Below are positions 15,900 through 33,750 of a stretch of 64,000 nt of DNA, piece after piece. Made by a program: the position numbers and the translations under genes. This stretch comes from Chrysomallon squamiferum. Taxonomy: Eukaryota > Animalia > Mollusca. The notes beneath the pieces were generated by a model. The model did no database searches. It was not told the origin of the DNA and worked only from the letters and a program-made list of their open reading frames with translations. Positions within the stretch are counted from its first letter, which is position 1; the number at the start of each line of letters is the position of its first letter. The stretch lies in contig CM022674.1 in the NCBI GenBank assembly GCA_012295275.1, positions 5,394,001 through 5,458,000 of the forward strand. The letters are read 5' to 3'.

Positions 15900-16741
15900 A
15901 AAATAAAAGATAGTAATAAATAATAATAATAAGAAGAAGAAGAAGAAGAAGAAGAAGAAAGAAAGAAAGAAAGAAAGAAAATAGAATGATTAATAGAAAG
16001 AAGAAAAGAACAAGAAGAAGACAAAAACAAGATCATTAAAAAGAAGAAAAATATATTAAAAACAACAAGAAAGAAAGAAAATTTAAAAAAAAGAAAAAAA
16101 AAGAAAGAAAATGAAGATAAATTTGAAATGATGTAAAAGACATTTAAAACGAGGCTGCGCGTGCTACGACTTAGTGGAGCAGACGAGAGAGGACTGTGAT
16201 CGTATTGGTTCGTGCCAGACGAGAATTTGATCGGTTTTTGTTTCTTTGTTTGCCGCACGTACCTTTGTCCGTATGTTTGTCCGTATCAAGACTAGAAGAC
16301 ATCTTCTGATATTCGATTAGCAAGAAACGAACGGAACTATATTTACTGAAAACATTTTCTTGAAAATTAGGGCGATGTATTTGATTAGGAGGAAGAGGTC
16401 AAGTGGTGCTTAGGGGTTGATGTCGTTGTTGTCGTTGTTGTTGTTGTTTGCGTAGTCGTTGTGTTGTGTCTGGAAGTTGTTGTTTGATTCACTGATTTTA
16501 GATCAGTGATGTATACAGATTTGTAATTTTTTTTTTTTTTTTTTTTTTTTGATAGTGTATTTATTACCAGGTTTATGTCTTATTATATTCATTGTACTTG
16601 TTGGTGAAGTTTAAGTATTAGGCGCAAGAGTAGTAATAGTAATAGTAGTAGTAGTTGTAACAAGAGTAGAAGAAGTATTACTAGTTGTAGTAGTAGTAGT
16701 AGTAGTGGCAGTAATTTTGTAACTATAAGTTGTAGAAATGT

Positions 16742-16922
16742 TCGTCGTAGTAGTAATTGTTGCAGTAATAGCTGTTGTAGAAGAAGTATTAACAGCAGTA
16801 AATACTGTAGTACTTATTTAAATTTTAAGTTGGTGTCGTCGTAGTAGTAATTGTTGCAGTAATAGCTGTTGTAGAAGTAGTATTAACAGCAGTAAAAACA
16901 GTAGTACTTATTTAAATTTTAA
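16742..16922. repeat. Tandem duplication, 94-bp unit x2
   Basis: tcgtcgtagtagtaattgttgcagtaatagctgttgtagaag...tacttatttaaattttaa starts at 16742 and again at 16836, with few substitutions. Confidence 0.92.
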
Positions 16923-17440
16923 TTTGAATGTATTAAAAACGAAATACGTACGTCTATTTTTTTATATACACACAGACATATTTTATTTCACCCACTTTCT
17001 ACATTTTGGTTTCTCGTCTGCATTTTTTTGTCTGTCTTACGAAAATAACGACCGCGTTGTCTGTTTATACATAAAACCTCATACGTCTTTATCGTCGTAA
17101 ACACGACCAAAAAACATATAAACATAACATATTACATTTTTTTTACCAATACAAACAGAAACCGAAGAGAAAAATAAAAAAATAAAAAAAAAAATCTATG
17201 GTCGAGAAGTCAGGGCTCAATTTCCCCGGAGACCATCAACGACCGGAAATGATGAAACAATGTTTACTTTCAATTTGTCTGTTAGTACGTTCGTACGGGC
17301 GCATTTGTGCCGGATGGACGTTTGACTGTCAGGAAATCTGATCGTTGTTTTGGATTCGAAATGTTGATTTAAGCGTTTACCTATTGTGGCGTTACGTCTG
17401 CGTTCATTTCAGTTGATGGAAACCAGGCGTCTGCTTCGTT

Positions 17441-17497
17441 ACCAGTTAGTGGTTAGAGCGTAGATTAATAGATTGCAGGATCAATCCCCGTGACCTG
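17441..17497 (+). mobile_element. Decayed tRNA-derived SINE head (possible)
   Basis: A-box-like agttagtggttagagcg and B-box-like ggatcaatcccc at tRNA-like spacing. A second tRNA 5'-half-like string, tagtctagtggttagaa, lies at ~17632-17648. Confidence 0.3.
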
Positions 17498-17715
17498 AAA
17501 TAATTTTTTATTTTTTTTTTTTTTTTTTTTTATTGAAATATGATGGTGATTTAATGTTTTTTGCTCTTCGACATTATGTCAGTGGTTAATTTAATGATGA
17601 TGTGCGGTGCACAGACACTGAAGTGGGGTTATAGTCTAGTGGTTAGAATACGCGTATGAGAAATACCAGTTAACTGAATACCCGATAACCAACCATTCTT
17701 TCTCTTTGTTTGTTG

Positions 17716-18965
<1,250 letters not shown>

Positions 18966-19169
18966 TTTCTGTGGCACGCTGTAATTTTCAGATATAAATA
19001 GTTCAGATATTAAATGATTACTGACAATGAAATTTCGTTTATTCGTCTGTGAACAAATCGTGTTATCACAGTTAATAATAAAATTGTAGTTTACGTGTCT
19101 GAGACAGGATAACTGAATACTTGTCATAACAAAACTACCAACACTCAGCCGAAACCATTGTTATATACG

Positions 19170-19900
19170 TGTACATACATACATACAGACACACACACAC
19201 ACACACATACACACACACATACACACACACATACACACACACACACATACATACATACATACACACATACATACATACATACATACATACATACATAAAC
19301 ACATACGTAGATCAAACATACATACATACATACATACGTACATACATACATACAGACATACATAATACATACATAAACACATACATACATACATATATGC
19401 GTACATACAGACAAATACATACATACACAGTTAATACATACATACATACATACATGCGTACATACATACATACATACAGACATACATACATACATATACA
19501 CATACATACATACATACATACATAAACACATACATACATACAAACATACATACATACATGCGTACATACATATATACAGACATACATAAATACATACATA
19601 TATACATACATACATACTTACTTACATACATACATACATACATACAAGCATACATACATACATGCATACATACATACATACATACATATATAACTTACAT
19701 ACGTACGTACGTACATACGTAAATACATACATACATACATACATACAAACATACATACATACATACATACATAAACACATACATACATACATACATGCGT
19801 ACACACATACATACATACAGACATACATATATACATACATACAAACATACATTCATACATATATACATACTTACATACATACATACATATTATATATAGT
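19170..19900. repeat. Degenerate (CATA)n tetranucleotide tract
   Basis: Direct reading; source of the MYVC/IHTY ORFs. Confidence 0.97.
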
Positions 19901-19985
19901 ACATATATTCACACACATGCATGCATATGTCTACAGAGAAACATGCAGATTATGATATATATATATAAACGTCTATGTCATCTAT

Positions 19986-20078
<93 letters not shown>

Positions 20079-21817
20079 AGATAGTTGAACAAAACACAAA
20101 AAAAAAATTACAAAAATGTTCCTACATAAATGTTTGCCTAAAACGATACCTATAATCCTACATAACCCGCACTTTTGAAATCGCGTTCAAACAAAAGATG
20201 AAAGAGCCGTCTGGAAAACATGGACGTCTGATCTGCACTTCGATCAATCGTCCTGACGTTAACCAACATCCCGATTCCAGATACTCAGAAAACTCGGCAA
20301 AGGATTAACAGTCATCCGCGACAGCTCGCGTTGAAATTCTAAAGCAAAATTTTCGTCAAATCTGTCAGAGAAGCGCATTAGTTAATCACCACCAAGATGG
20401 GTCGCATTACCACGAAATCATTGCATTACTCGAATGAAAGAGAATCGTCAAATATAAAAAAAAAAAAAAATTTAAAAAAATAAAAATTTTTTTTTAAAAA
20501 TATAAAAGTAGAGAAAATGTTCCGTTTCGGGGTAAAGTAAATATTTGTGATGTTCTTAGCGTACAGAACGTCAACATGTTTGTGAGGGTTTTTTTTTTTA
20601 TCTTCTTTTTGACAACACTTTTAAAAGTCGTAAGGCTGATTTGGTGTTTAGTTTTGCGACAGTGCTGTCATTTGCTGTATGTCGTTTGTCTAGCTTTGCG
20701 GTGATTCTGACGGCCTCATAATGGCGGCGGTTTTAGAAGAGAAAACAAGTTTACCGAGGATTAAAGATGACGCTGTTCGCGTGTTAATGACAGGATTGCA
20801 AATGTCTCGAAACATTAATTTTGTGTTTTTTTTCTGTTTCTTGAACCTTTTAGTAGTTTTTAAAATTAATTTTTTTTTAGTTGTCTTCATAGACTAGAGA
20901 GAAGGAAGTGAAAAAAAAAGAAATGGCATATATTTTAAACTCGGCTAAAATTTAAATACGATTTCGTGCAATTTCTTAACTTTTTCTTGTTTTGTTTTTT
21001 TTCTTTTTATCTTAGTATGTTTTTGTTCTTTTCCTATTTATTTTTTTTTTGTATTCTTTCATTTAAAAGTCGTGATCCATTTTAAGATGATTTCGAACAT
21101 CTGTCTTGCCATACAGGTTTAAAAAGCAATTGAAAAATGAGAAGAAGAAGAAGAAAAAGGAGGATAAGAAGAAGAAGATAAACGCATTTTAAAACCAATT
21201 ATTAAAAAGGAAACTTTCAAAAAACAACAAAAAAAAAAGAAGAAAAGAAGAAATAAGTCTGCTTTGATTCAAAATGTTTTTGCTGGAATTCGTATTTAAT
21301 GTTTTATTACCAAAGAAAAAAAAACAAAAAATATATCGAACATATTCAAAAAACTATTCAGTCACATTTTGTTTTAGCTGAAATAATCAGTGAAATTTTC
21401 TAATATTTAATTCATATACGGCTAGGTATTTGAGAAATATTTATAGTTGTAACAAAATAGATAAAATATGTTTTCTTTCGATTATATTTAAATTTAAAGT
21501 CTACAAACTAAGGTGATTTAGTAATTCCTTTCCTATACATGTGTAACTGCACAGCAACTGGTGATAATTTCTGATAACAACAACCACAGCAACAGCAACC
21601 ACATTTATATCAGTGATTTCATCACATTTGTAGTATATTGATAATAACGGCATTAACAACAATAGTAATAACAGCTATAATGGTACAAACTAAAAGATGA
21701 AAGACGTAAAAGAAGAAATGACTACAACAACAATACACTTCGTCGTCATTATCATTTCATCAACATCGTCACCATCATCAGCATAGAGGTAATTATCATT
21801 GTAAACAAAATAAATAC

Positions 21818-22020
<203 letters not shown>

Positions 22021-23327
22021 TAAAGCAAATAAATTAAGATTTATAAACAAGTATAGCTTGAATCGTCTCCAGCCTCTTTATGTACCTTGAATAGAAAAAA
22101 GGTCACAAACACCACTAAACCTGTCTGCAGAACCCGAACAGATCAGAAAAGAAGCAAACTGATTTTAAATCTCAGACGAAATCGTCGGGAAAATTACCCC
22201 CGCGGCCACAGAATGCGTACATGAATGTGATTACATGGGATAAAAATTAAGAAACGCCATTCCTAACTCTGCAGTAATTGCAAAGTCAATAAACTCAACG
22301 GTCGAGGCGAAGTTTATGTAGTGTTAGGGAACTTAGGAAACTAATTCATTTTAAAATTGGAAGACAAACACACCGGTCTGTTAATTCAACGGCCCGATCT
22401 TTACTTAGTAAATGGAACTTCTGAACGGGTTCAAACAAATTGCCGAGACACCGGCATCGGAAAACAATAGTAATGGGATGTCAGTCGTTAAAATGTGTGG
22501 ACGATTCTGATTGGATAGCGCAGTCGATCTGTTTGGTTGGATTTGATTGGATGAGTGGAAAAACATTGCATTGAAACATCAGCTTCGATTTCAAATGGTT
22601 CGATAATAATAAGAAAAAAAAAAAAAAACAAAACTTTTCATTTCAGAATGTTTCGAATGAAATGATTCGATGGGCAAAAAAAAAAACACTGCTTCAAAAT
22701 TCGCCTACCCACAGACACTTGCTAAGACGGAAAATATTCCACCGAAGACTTTTTGATCTTGTCCTGTTTCTCAGGACAAACACACAAACATAATTTTTTT
22801 TTTTTTTTTTTTTTTTTATGAAAACCTCCAAAACGACCTTCACCTTGATTCATTTCCCCTCACTACATACAAACAGCATCACCAGTGCGCGGGGGTCATT
22901 AGATGTTTTTTTTTTTAATTCGCATTCCTAGGACATTAAATCCCAGCAGAACCATTAAACATTTAACGCAGGCTGCAACACGCTTAGTCCCGTACGTTCG
23001 TGTAATCTTCACTTAAACGCTGTCAGGATCGCCAATCAAGACAGGCATTTTCGTCTCGAAGCTCTTCATCCAAGGAGGAGACGTTTGATAAATTCTCAGA
23101 CCAGGTGGACGGGGCTTGCTTCAGATGTAATTAATTTTAATCAGAGCTGAAGAATGATTAAATGTGTATGGATTGGCGACGTCGCCGGGCTTCGAGTTTG
23201 TTTGAGGGAAGACGAGACGCGAAGACAGAAAATCTTTCTTTTAAGTAAACAGTTGTGTGGACAGTGTTTTGTAGGTTAACATTCTGTTCCGCTAAGTAAT
23301 TTAAAACATGGAGGAAAATAGTCATGT

Positions 23328-23329
23328 AC

Positions 23330-23379
<50 letters not shown>

Positions 23380-23428
23380 TCCTACATACATACATACTTA
23401 CATACATATACATACATACATACATACA

Positions 23429-23474
<46 letters not shown>

Positions 23475-23653
23475 CATACATACATACATATATACATACA
23501 TACATACATACAAATACATATATACATATATACCTACACACACACACAGGCTTGCAGATACAAACTCACAGACATACGCACGTAGATACAAAGACTGGAA
23601 CTGTTTTTCACAAACACGAAAAGGTTCACATTTGTCTGCGTGTAGTGTATGTT

Positions 23654-23684
<31 letters not shown>

Positions 23685-24829
23685 CAGTAGTATAGTAGTA
23701 GTAGTAGTAGCAGTAATACTAGTAGTACTAGTAATAGTAGTAATAGTAATAGTAGTAGTTGTAATAGTAATAGTGGTAGAACTACTAGTAGCAGTAGTAA
23801 TAGTGGTATCAGTAGTCGAAGTAGTAGTAGTTGTAGTAGTAGTGGTGGTGGTGGATGTAGTAGTGGTGGTATTAATGTCAATAAGTGCAACAGTGACAAC
23901 AGCACTCGTGGTAAACGAAATAAAAAAAAAGCAGAAGATAAAATTAAACAAGAAAAAAAACGAACATGTAATTACTCAAACCATCCTTTATCTCGCAAAC
24001 ACTCACTTTATCTCACAAACACTCACTCACTCACTCGCTGACAAAACAGCGCGTCTCGTTATACGAGGAATTTGTTTAGAGCTCAGACCGTTTAAACGGC
24101 TATTTTCGCCAAAAAGCTCGGCGTTGACGGCTTCGGATCGTTTTGCCAGGACGACGATTGCACATCGCTTATGATCGAGCACACGGACACAATATGATGA
24201 AAATCGAATTCTCTCGCCGTGTTAAGTTAATTATCAGTGATGCAATTAGTAAAGTACACACCACGCGTTTGACGCTAACTTAAAATAATTGTTTTCTGAT
24301 TTAATTTCACGTCAGGCACGGTTGATTGCAATTACGTCCGATGAGCTTTTGCAGCATGTTTCAAAAGGTTCTGTTATTTTTCTTCGGCTGCATTGCAGAC
24401 GTCACTCGCTCAGTCAATTAATCAGCCAATCAGCTGATCAGTCTTTTTTATTTATTACGTTTCTGTTTTATTTTTTTATATATTTTTTTTAATGTTTGTC
24501 GTTTGTAATATAATTCTGCGCTACTCTTTTACTTTTCTCTCAGTGTTATATCTACACTTTTAACAGTAGTAAATGCAGCAGCAATAGTGGTAGTAGCAGT
24601 AGTAATGGTAGTAGTAGAAGTCATTGTATAGTAGTAGTAGTAGTAGTGGTGGTGGTGGTGGTGGTACTAGTAGTAGTAATGTTGGTAATAATAGTAGTAA
24701 TAGTAATAGTAGTAGTAATATTGGTAATAATAGTAGTAATAGTAGTAGTAGAAGTCATTGTAGTAGTAGTAGTAGTAGTAGTAGTAATAGTAGTGGTGGT
24801 AGTGGTACTAGTAGTAGTAATATTGGTAA

Positions 24830-24861
<32 letters not shown>

Positions 24862-25300
24862 ATGATGGTGGTGGCCGCAGTGTATGGTACTAGTAGTAGT
24901 AATAATGGCAATAGTAGTTGGTAGTGTTGGTAGCAGCAGCAGCAACAGTAGCAGCAGCAGTATTAGTAGTAATAACAGTAACAATAATTGTATTAGTAAT
25001 GGTAATAGCAGAGAATGTGTTCTATTTCTGTTAATACGATCATCGAAAAAAGCAAAAAAGAAAAAAGAAACAATTAAACAAAACAGCAATAGCAACAACA
25101 TTAATAATATACAACAAATATATAACAATAATAACAAAAACAACAACAATAGCAATACTACTAATACTAATAACAGTAATAATAATAATAGTAGTAATAA
25201 TAATGATAATAATAACAACAGCAACAACAACAACAACAACAACAATAACAATAATAATAATAACAATAATAATAATAATAATAACAAAAACAACAACAAC
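23328..25300. repeat. (CATA)n/(TA)n, (GTA)n and (AAC/AAT)n tracts flanking a unique island at ~23.95-24.45 kb
   Basis: Direct reading. Confidence 0.9.
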
Positions 25301-25619
25301 AATACCGCCAGGAATCGTAACAGAGCAGTAAAAAGACAGCGAAACTGTTTTGTGGTCGCACTAAATATATCAGTTATCGCTGTTTCATGACAGAGGAACA
25401 TAAATAAATAATTACTTACCCAATTCAAGCCTTCTAGGTGAAGTGTAACTTCGTTACGAACGCGCTGGGGCTACTGTGCTGTAAAATGCGTACACTCTAA
25501 CACACTGTTTAGTGTCTTTGCTTGCAAACGTTTTCATCGTAATGTGATTACGTAGCTCTTTGTTTATGTATTGTCAATATAATGCCTCCATGGAGATTAT
25601 TATTATTTTGATTTTGTTC

Positions 25620-27460
<1,841 letters not shown>

Positions 27461-29210
27461 AACCGTATGATATCGTGCTACCTAACATTTTGACAGCTTG
27501 TCATTTTAATTTGTTTCCAGTTCATTCGAGTCTCAATATTGATCACGTTTTGATTTTTCCAAAAGATCGCCTTAAAAAAAGTCTGAATAATCGTGGCCTC
27601 GAGAAGTACATTCTAACCGGAAGTTCGTGGAACGTATCACGTCTGTATTCTGTTGGACTTTGCTACTTCCGGCGAACGAACAAATTGAATTTCCGGCCTT
27701 ACGCTCTGCTTTCACGCAAGAGCTGCCTAACTAGAGTTACTTCCCTTAAAAATGCAAACCCAGATTTTTGTTCTGAAAGCTTCGTTAAGGGATTATTCTA
27801 TTAATCAACAAACACGCTGGACGAGATTTCAGTCAAACTGGACGGATTTGTAATTGGGATGTCTGTATTTAATGTCAGTCCAACGTGTACATGTAAACTG
27901 TTCGTGGAAAATTTTATGTTAATAGTTTTGCTTTACTTTTTTTGCCTACATTCGTTTTATTTCTTCAGCTTTAAACTTGTCTTAGTGGCCGAGATAGTAA
28001 CATCGTCCGTTTTTTTCTTTTGAGTGCTGAGTCTCGCCAACGTCATCTGTTGTTGTTGCTGTTGTTGTTGTTGTTGTTGTTTACAATAAAAAATGTAGAC
28101 ACATTTAAAATAAAATGCAAGTAAAACGTAAACAAGTTAAGGACAGATTTTATAAACAAAAGAAAAAAAAATGAAGGTTAAGATGATGTCCTTATATATT
28201 CTTCTATTACGACCGAAATGAATAATATTATATTAATAGACTATTTTAATGAACCTTTATGTATATTCATGAAGATATGTATAAATGTATTATGTCTGAT
28301 ACATTTTTATATTTTTCCACGTATTCGAGATTTGAACATTATCCTGATAAATAAACACACACACAGACATACATATGGACACATACACACACACATATTC
28401 ATTCAAACATTCATTCATAAACGGAAACATACGTACATACACACATATTAACAAAACAAAAAAACACATACTCACACACATAAGCAAAAAAAAAAAAAAA
28501 AAAAATTTCCTATGCTGTTTTTCATCATGAAACAAAGCAACGCTCCCATACTTTATAAAAATTAATGACGTACACTTAACCGAACTCCGTGCAAATGTCA
28601 GTCCATTAGTCCGGACGTCTTAGCAGTCGACTGAGCGACCAGTGCAATTCATCATCTGGCTTTGCCGTGGTGGATCTTGAAGCGTATCAGACGCCGCCGT
28701 GAACAGTTTAGGAAGCGCTTGCATTTACCCGTTTGTAATTTTACTCATGTCTGTGTGCGAGAAAAATTGCAGTTTCGGGCCTAACTCATGTCAGACTAGC
28801 AAATTGCATGTCTTACAAGCTCACACGTGACAGGGACTGATTTGTTTTTCAGACGTTCCCAATGAATGGTTGTTGGGGGTTTTTTTTATTTTTTTCACGT
28901 TCTAACAAGTGCCCGGTGATCGATTTATCAAAGGTCATGGTAAATGTTTTTGTCGCCAACGGGAAGGTGCTGATAAAATATGATTTGCTGATGGTGAAAA
29001 TAGAATAAATCATCTGATGTTTCGTGAAACTGATCTCTCCTTATCTGTATGAAACTTACCAAATTCTTTATTTAAAGATTTTTTTTTTTTTCAGTACGGT
29101 GATTAAATAAAACATCACTTTCTTTTGCTGGTGTTGTTAAGTAAATATCCTTGTGACTGGTAGTTCTTGTGTCCTTCAAAAACAGATTCTGAAAGATCAT
29201 TATATTCATG

Positions 29211-29300
<90 letters not shown>

Positions 29301-29641
29301 ACTCTCTCTCTCTCTTTCTCTTTATGCTTATACACAAACATGCACGCACAAAAATTCCAGACTAAACATTATTTTATGGATTAATTTCTACTTAGTTTGT
29401 AATCTTAGAACTACGGAGCAACAAACTGTCATTTTTTTTTTTTATATATACGTCTGTCCATCAACAGCTTTGCGCGTTTTGTTTTTTAATCTGATATGTG
29501 TTAAGCTTCAGTGATTGAGATTCAATCTGTGTTTTCAATCTGTGTTTTTACAGGTGTTGATTATATCTGGAAATACACGAGTATTAGTAAAAAGAAACGT
29601 ATGTACGTACAGACATAATTATATTTATATATATGTATATA

Positions 29642-29921
29642 TAAATAGTCGTAAGATATGTAAACATTTATTCTGATTCAAAACATTTCGCGGAAATGAA
29701 ATTACAAATCGTATCTGTTTATCCTGTCACACTTTGTTAACTCCAAACATCTCCACAACAGATATCTGGTTAAGAGAAACACAGCCACACTTTGGCAGAG
29801 GGAAAGAAAGATATCTGCCTTGCCTGGAAATTAGAAAAGAAGAAGAAGAAGATGATGATGATGATGATGATGATAAGGAGGAAGAAGAGAAAGTAATACA
29901 AGAAAATATGTACAAGAAGAA
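29642..29921 (-). repeat. Left arm of ~280-bp inverted repeat (partner 31053-31353)
   Basis: 29731-29830 aligns to the reverse complement of 31166-31265 with 10 mismatches in 100 nt (hand count); the flanks are more diverged. Confidence 0.93.
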
Positions 29922-29954
29922 TTAAGAAACGAAAATAAAAGAAAACCAGCACAC

Positions 29955-30002
<48 letters not shown>

Positions 30003-30752
30003 ATACATAATATATATATATACATACACACACATATTTATATATATATACACAACACACACACGCACACACACACACAAAACACACATACACACACACA
30101 CAAACACACAGACACGAATACGTAATACATATATATATATATACACACACACATATATTTATATATACACACATATTTTTATATATACGTACACACAAAA
30201 CACACACACATACACACAAACACTAAATTAAAATATATAACGTATGAACATATAACACATCTCTTTATACGTGTCACTGCCCAGTAGTGTTCATACAAAT
30301 CTTAATCGGACAAAGGCCAACAATATCGCAGTTTTAATGAAATTATTAATATCAACTTCGGGTACTTATCTTTCCTGCTTTAGGCAGCCTGTAACAATTT
30401 TTTTTCTCTCTCTCGATTTGATTATTAAGTTTTTGTATCTAATTACATTCTTGCCCTAAAGACAGTTAATCAGTTTAATCTGAAGACGTTGGTACAGAAG
30501 TTAGGAAATAAAAAAGGTTTCTTGAAATCTTCTTCGTCCTTTTTCTTCTTGTTGTTCCTTTTCTTTCGGGTTTTTGTTGTTAGTGTTCTTCATTCTTGTT
30601 CTTCTTCTTTTTTTTTGTTGGTAATATTTTTTTTTTTTTTTTTTTTTTTTTGCTTTTGGCTTTTGTTTTTCTTTTCACCTAATTCATTGTTCCTATCGTT
30701 GTTGCTGGTTTTTTTTTTGTTGCAGTTTTGTTTGTTTTGTTTTGTTTTGTTT

Positions 30753-30806
<54 letters not shown>

Positions 30807-30831
30807 AGAGGTGTGTGTGTTTTTTAATTGC

Positions 30832-30897
<66 letters not shown>

Positions 30898-31052
30898 GTT
30901 ATGAGTATTATTATTATTATTGTTGTTGTTGTTGTTATTATTTTTATTATTATTATTATTTTATTTGTCTTTTTTTTTTCTTGTTATTCTTTTTTCCAAT
31001 TATTTTCCTTATTTTATTTATTTCTGTTCTATTTCCTCTTGGTAGTTTTTTT

Positions 31053-31353
31053 TTCTTCTTGTTCATCCTTTGTTATATTAAATTTTCTTTGGGCTTTTTC
31101 ATCCTCCCTATCTTCATCACCATCATCATCATCATCATCATCTTCTTCATCATCTTCTTTTCTAATTTCCAGGTAAGGCAGATATCTTTCTTTCTCTCAG
31201 ACAAACTCTGGCACTGCTTCTCTTAACCAGATATTTGTTGTGGAGATGTTTGGAGTTAACAAAGTGAGATACTGTAATCAGATACTATTTATAATTTCAT
31301 TTCCGAGAAACGTTTTGAATCAGAAGAAATGTTTCCATATCCACATCTATTTA
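31053..31353 (+). repeat. Right arm of ~280-bp inverted repeat (partner 29642-29921)
   Basis: Same alignment; a shared (GAT/GAA) tract is followed by ttttctaatttccag and a unique core. Confidence 0.93.
31173..31267 (+). CDS. Possible terminal exon encoding a hydrophobic (GPI-signal- or TM-like) tail
   Basis: Acceptor cttcttttctaatttccag; phase-1 frame KADIFLSLRQTLALLLLTRYLLWRCLELTK*; AATAAA at ~31492-31528. The inverted copy 29823-29702 keeps the same frame. Confidence 0.25.
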
Positions 31354-31595
31354 CGCAGCGTAACATTCTGTAAATACCAGTGCAAAAAAAAAACCAGAGA
31401 GACTATTTAGTACCAGTGTATGTTGATAATGAAAAAGATCAAATTTTGAATTTTATGAAAGCTGAAGAACGTAACAAACGATCTCTAAAATAATAAAAAT
31501 AAAACATTAGCAGTTAATCATAAATAAAAAGCGAATAAAAACAGGTAAAAAAAAGAAAGAAATAAAACAATGAAATATCAAATTATTAAATATCA

Positions 31596-31734
31596 GACAT
31601 ACACACACACACACACACATACACAGACACACAGACACTTACAAACACAGATATGATATCGGTCTTTCACTCGTGAAATTTACTCTCTGTTTGTTAACAC
31701 CTAAAACACATCAACTACAACTGATACTATGTCT

Positions 31735-31782
<48 letters not shown>

Positions 31783-32930
31783 ACAGATAGCCAGACATCG
31801 GTCTTTCAAACAAATTTATGACATCGGTCTTTCACCTGAAATTTACTCTCTGTATGTTAACACCTAAAACACATCAACTACGACTGATACTGTGTCTTAA
31901 CTTTCACTACAGAACGTGTTCAGAAGCTGTGAACACAACGTATTAATTTTAACACCGAAGTGCAAAGAGATATTCGAGCGTTCTAAAAACAAGACAGAAA
32001 TAATGTTACATTTGCTAATTTGAGATCAAACTTTTTCCTCATGGAGTGAAATGAAGTAATTAGTTATCAGATTTCTCGTTTGTGAATATCATACGTCAAG
32101 TCTCGTCTTCGTTTCTGAGCTAAACTCGCCGTAATCCGTGTTTGTTGTAAGAGTTAGTTTTATCTCTTCAAACGTGCAAAGCAATAAGTATGATGATGAT
32201 GATAATTAATAAGAACAGCAACAATAACTATGATGATGATGATGATGATACTATAACTACTAACTGCTAAAACAACAGCATTAAACTAATTAATAATAAC
32301 AACAAGAAGAATGATTTGATGATGATGATCGTAATGCTGACCATGATGCTGATAATGTTAATAATAATGTTGACGATGATGATTATGATAATAATAATAA
32401 CAATAATAATAAATAATAACAACATCAATAATAATAGTGATATGAAAAACAATAATAATAATGATGATGATGATAATCTTAATAATAATAATAATAATAA
32501 TAATAATCATAATGAAGACAATCACATCTACATCTACAGCAGCAACAACAACATTAGTAATAATCACACACACAAAAAAAGAATAAAGAACAAGACAACA
32601 AAGGTATTAAAAAAGAAACCCAAATCAACAAAAAGAAGAAACAAAAAAACAACAAATGAAAGTCATCCTTACTTTGCTACAAAGTTTCTCCTCAAAACGT
32701 CAGTGAACGTACAATTAAAACTTTCTCAAACGACTCGACGTTTTTTTTTTCTTCTCCTTTATATGTAGTTTTACGATCAGGTTTTGTTAAAAATATTTTG
32801 TGTATCGTTTTACTTAAAAGGAAAATAATAATTATTTTTTCGATCTTATTGGATTCGGAATCCTATAAAGCGAGTTGTTAGTGGAAAAACAAAGCCCTGA
32901 GGCTTCATAAAATAATTTAATTTTGTTTTG
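31596..32930 (+). repeat. Left arm of long inverted repeat (partner 42610-44035)
   Basis: 31901-32190 matches the reverse complement of ~43311-43608 with about 6 mismatches by eye; 32690-32930 matches 42610-42845. Only the embedded microsatellites differ much. The outer end has two copies of a ~160-bp sub-repeat (cores at 31676 and 31839). Confidence 0.97.
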
Positions 32931-33235
32931 GAATTTACTCATTAAATGAAACGGAAGAAATATTACCCGTGTTTTATTGTAATGGATATTTAGTGGGTTT
33001 GTTTATTTTTCTTTTTTTTTTTTTTTTTTGGTAATTTTCTTCTGGTAAAAGTTTATCTTGATCTTCTGGTAATAAGTATATAGCCATTTTAACTGTAGAT
33101 AAATGTTTAAAAAAAAAATTTTTCGTTGTTTGCTTATTATTTATTTATATGTATGTTTATTTCTTTATGTATTTTTTTTTGTTTTGTTGTTGTTGTTGTT
33201 GTATTTGTTTGTTTGTTTGTTTGTTTATCTATCTA

Positions 33236-33301
<66 letters not shown>

Positions 33302-33625
33302 TGTTAGTTTTTTGCTTCGTTTGTTTATATTTGCACCAGTGATATCCATAATAATTTACCACATCAAGGTATTACTGGTGGACCAATAACTGTTCAGTTG
33401 TAGCTGTCGTAGTAGTAGTAGTTATTGTTGTTGCCTTAGTAACTATAATTGTAATGCTTGTAGAGACTGTAGTAGGTTTTAGATTCTAGATGTTGTAGTA
33501 GCGGCAGTGGTCCATGTTGTAGTAGTAGTTGTTGTTTTAGACGCTGCAGTTGTTTTGGTTTCAATGGCGTTGAACTAGGTCAGTTCAGGTTTCCTCTCAC
33601 AGTGAATCATTGTTATACACCTGTA

Positions 33626-33750
33626 CAGGTGAAATGAATATCTATTAAATAACATATTTTATTTATTTTTTTATATATATATATTTTCATCCGATATATT
33701 ATAAATGGTACTGTAAGAAACTGAACAAGTGTATTATTCATTTGTACCTG
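33626..33750. mobile_element. Putative 125-bp Tc1/mariner-type MITE
   Basis: TA|CAGGTGAAATGAATA ... TATTCATTTGTACCTG|TA: imperfect 15-16 bp terminal inverted repeats flanked by TA on both sides, with an AT-rich interior. Confidence 0.4.

Noticed and set aside
17441-17700. Intact tRNA genes
   Set aside because: Only partial A/B-box similarity; no complete cloverleaf can be drawn.
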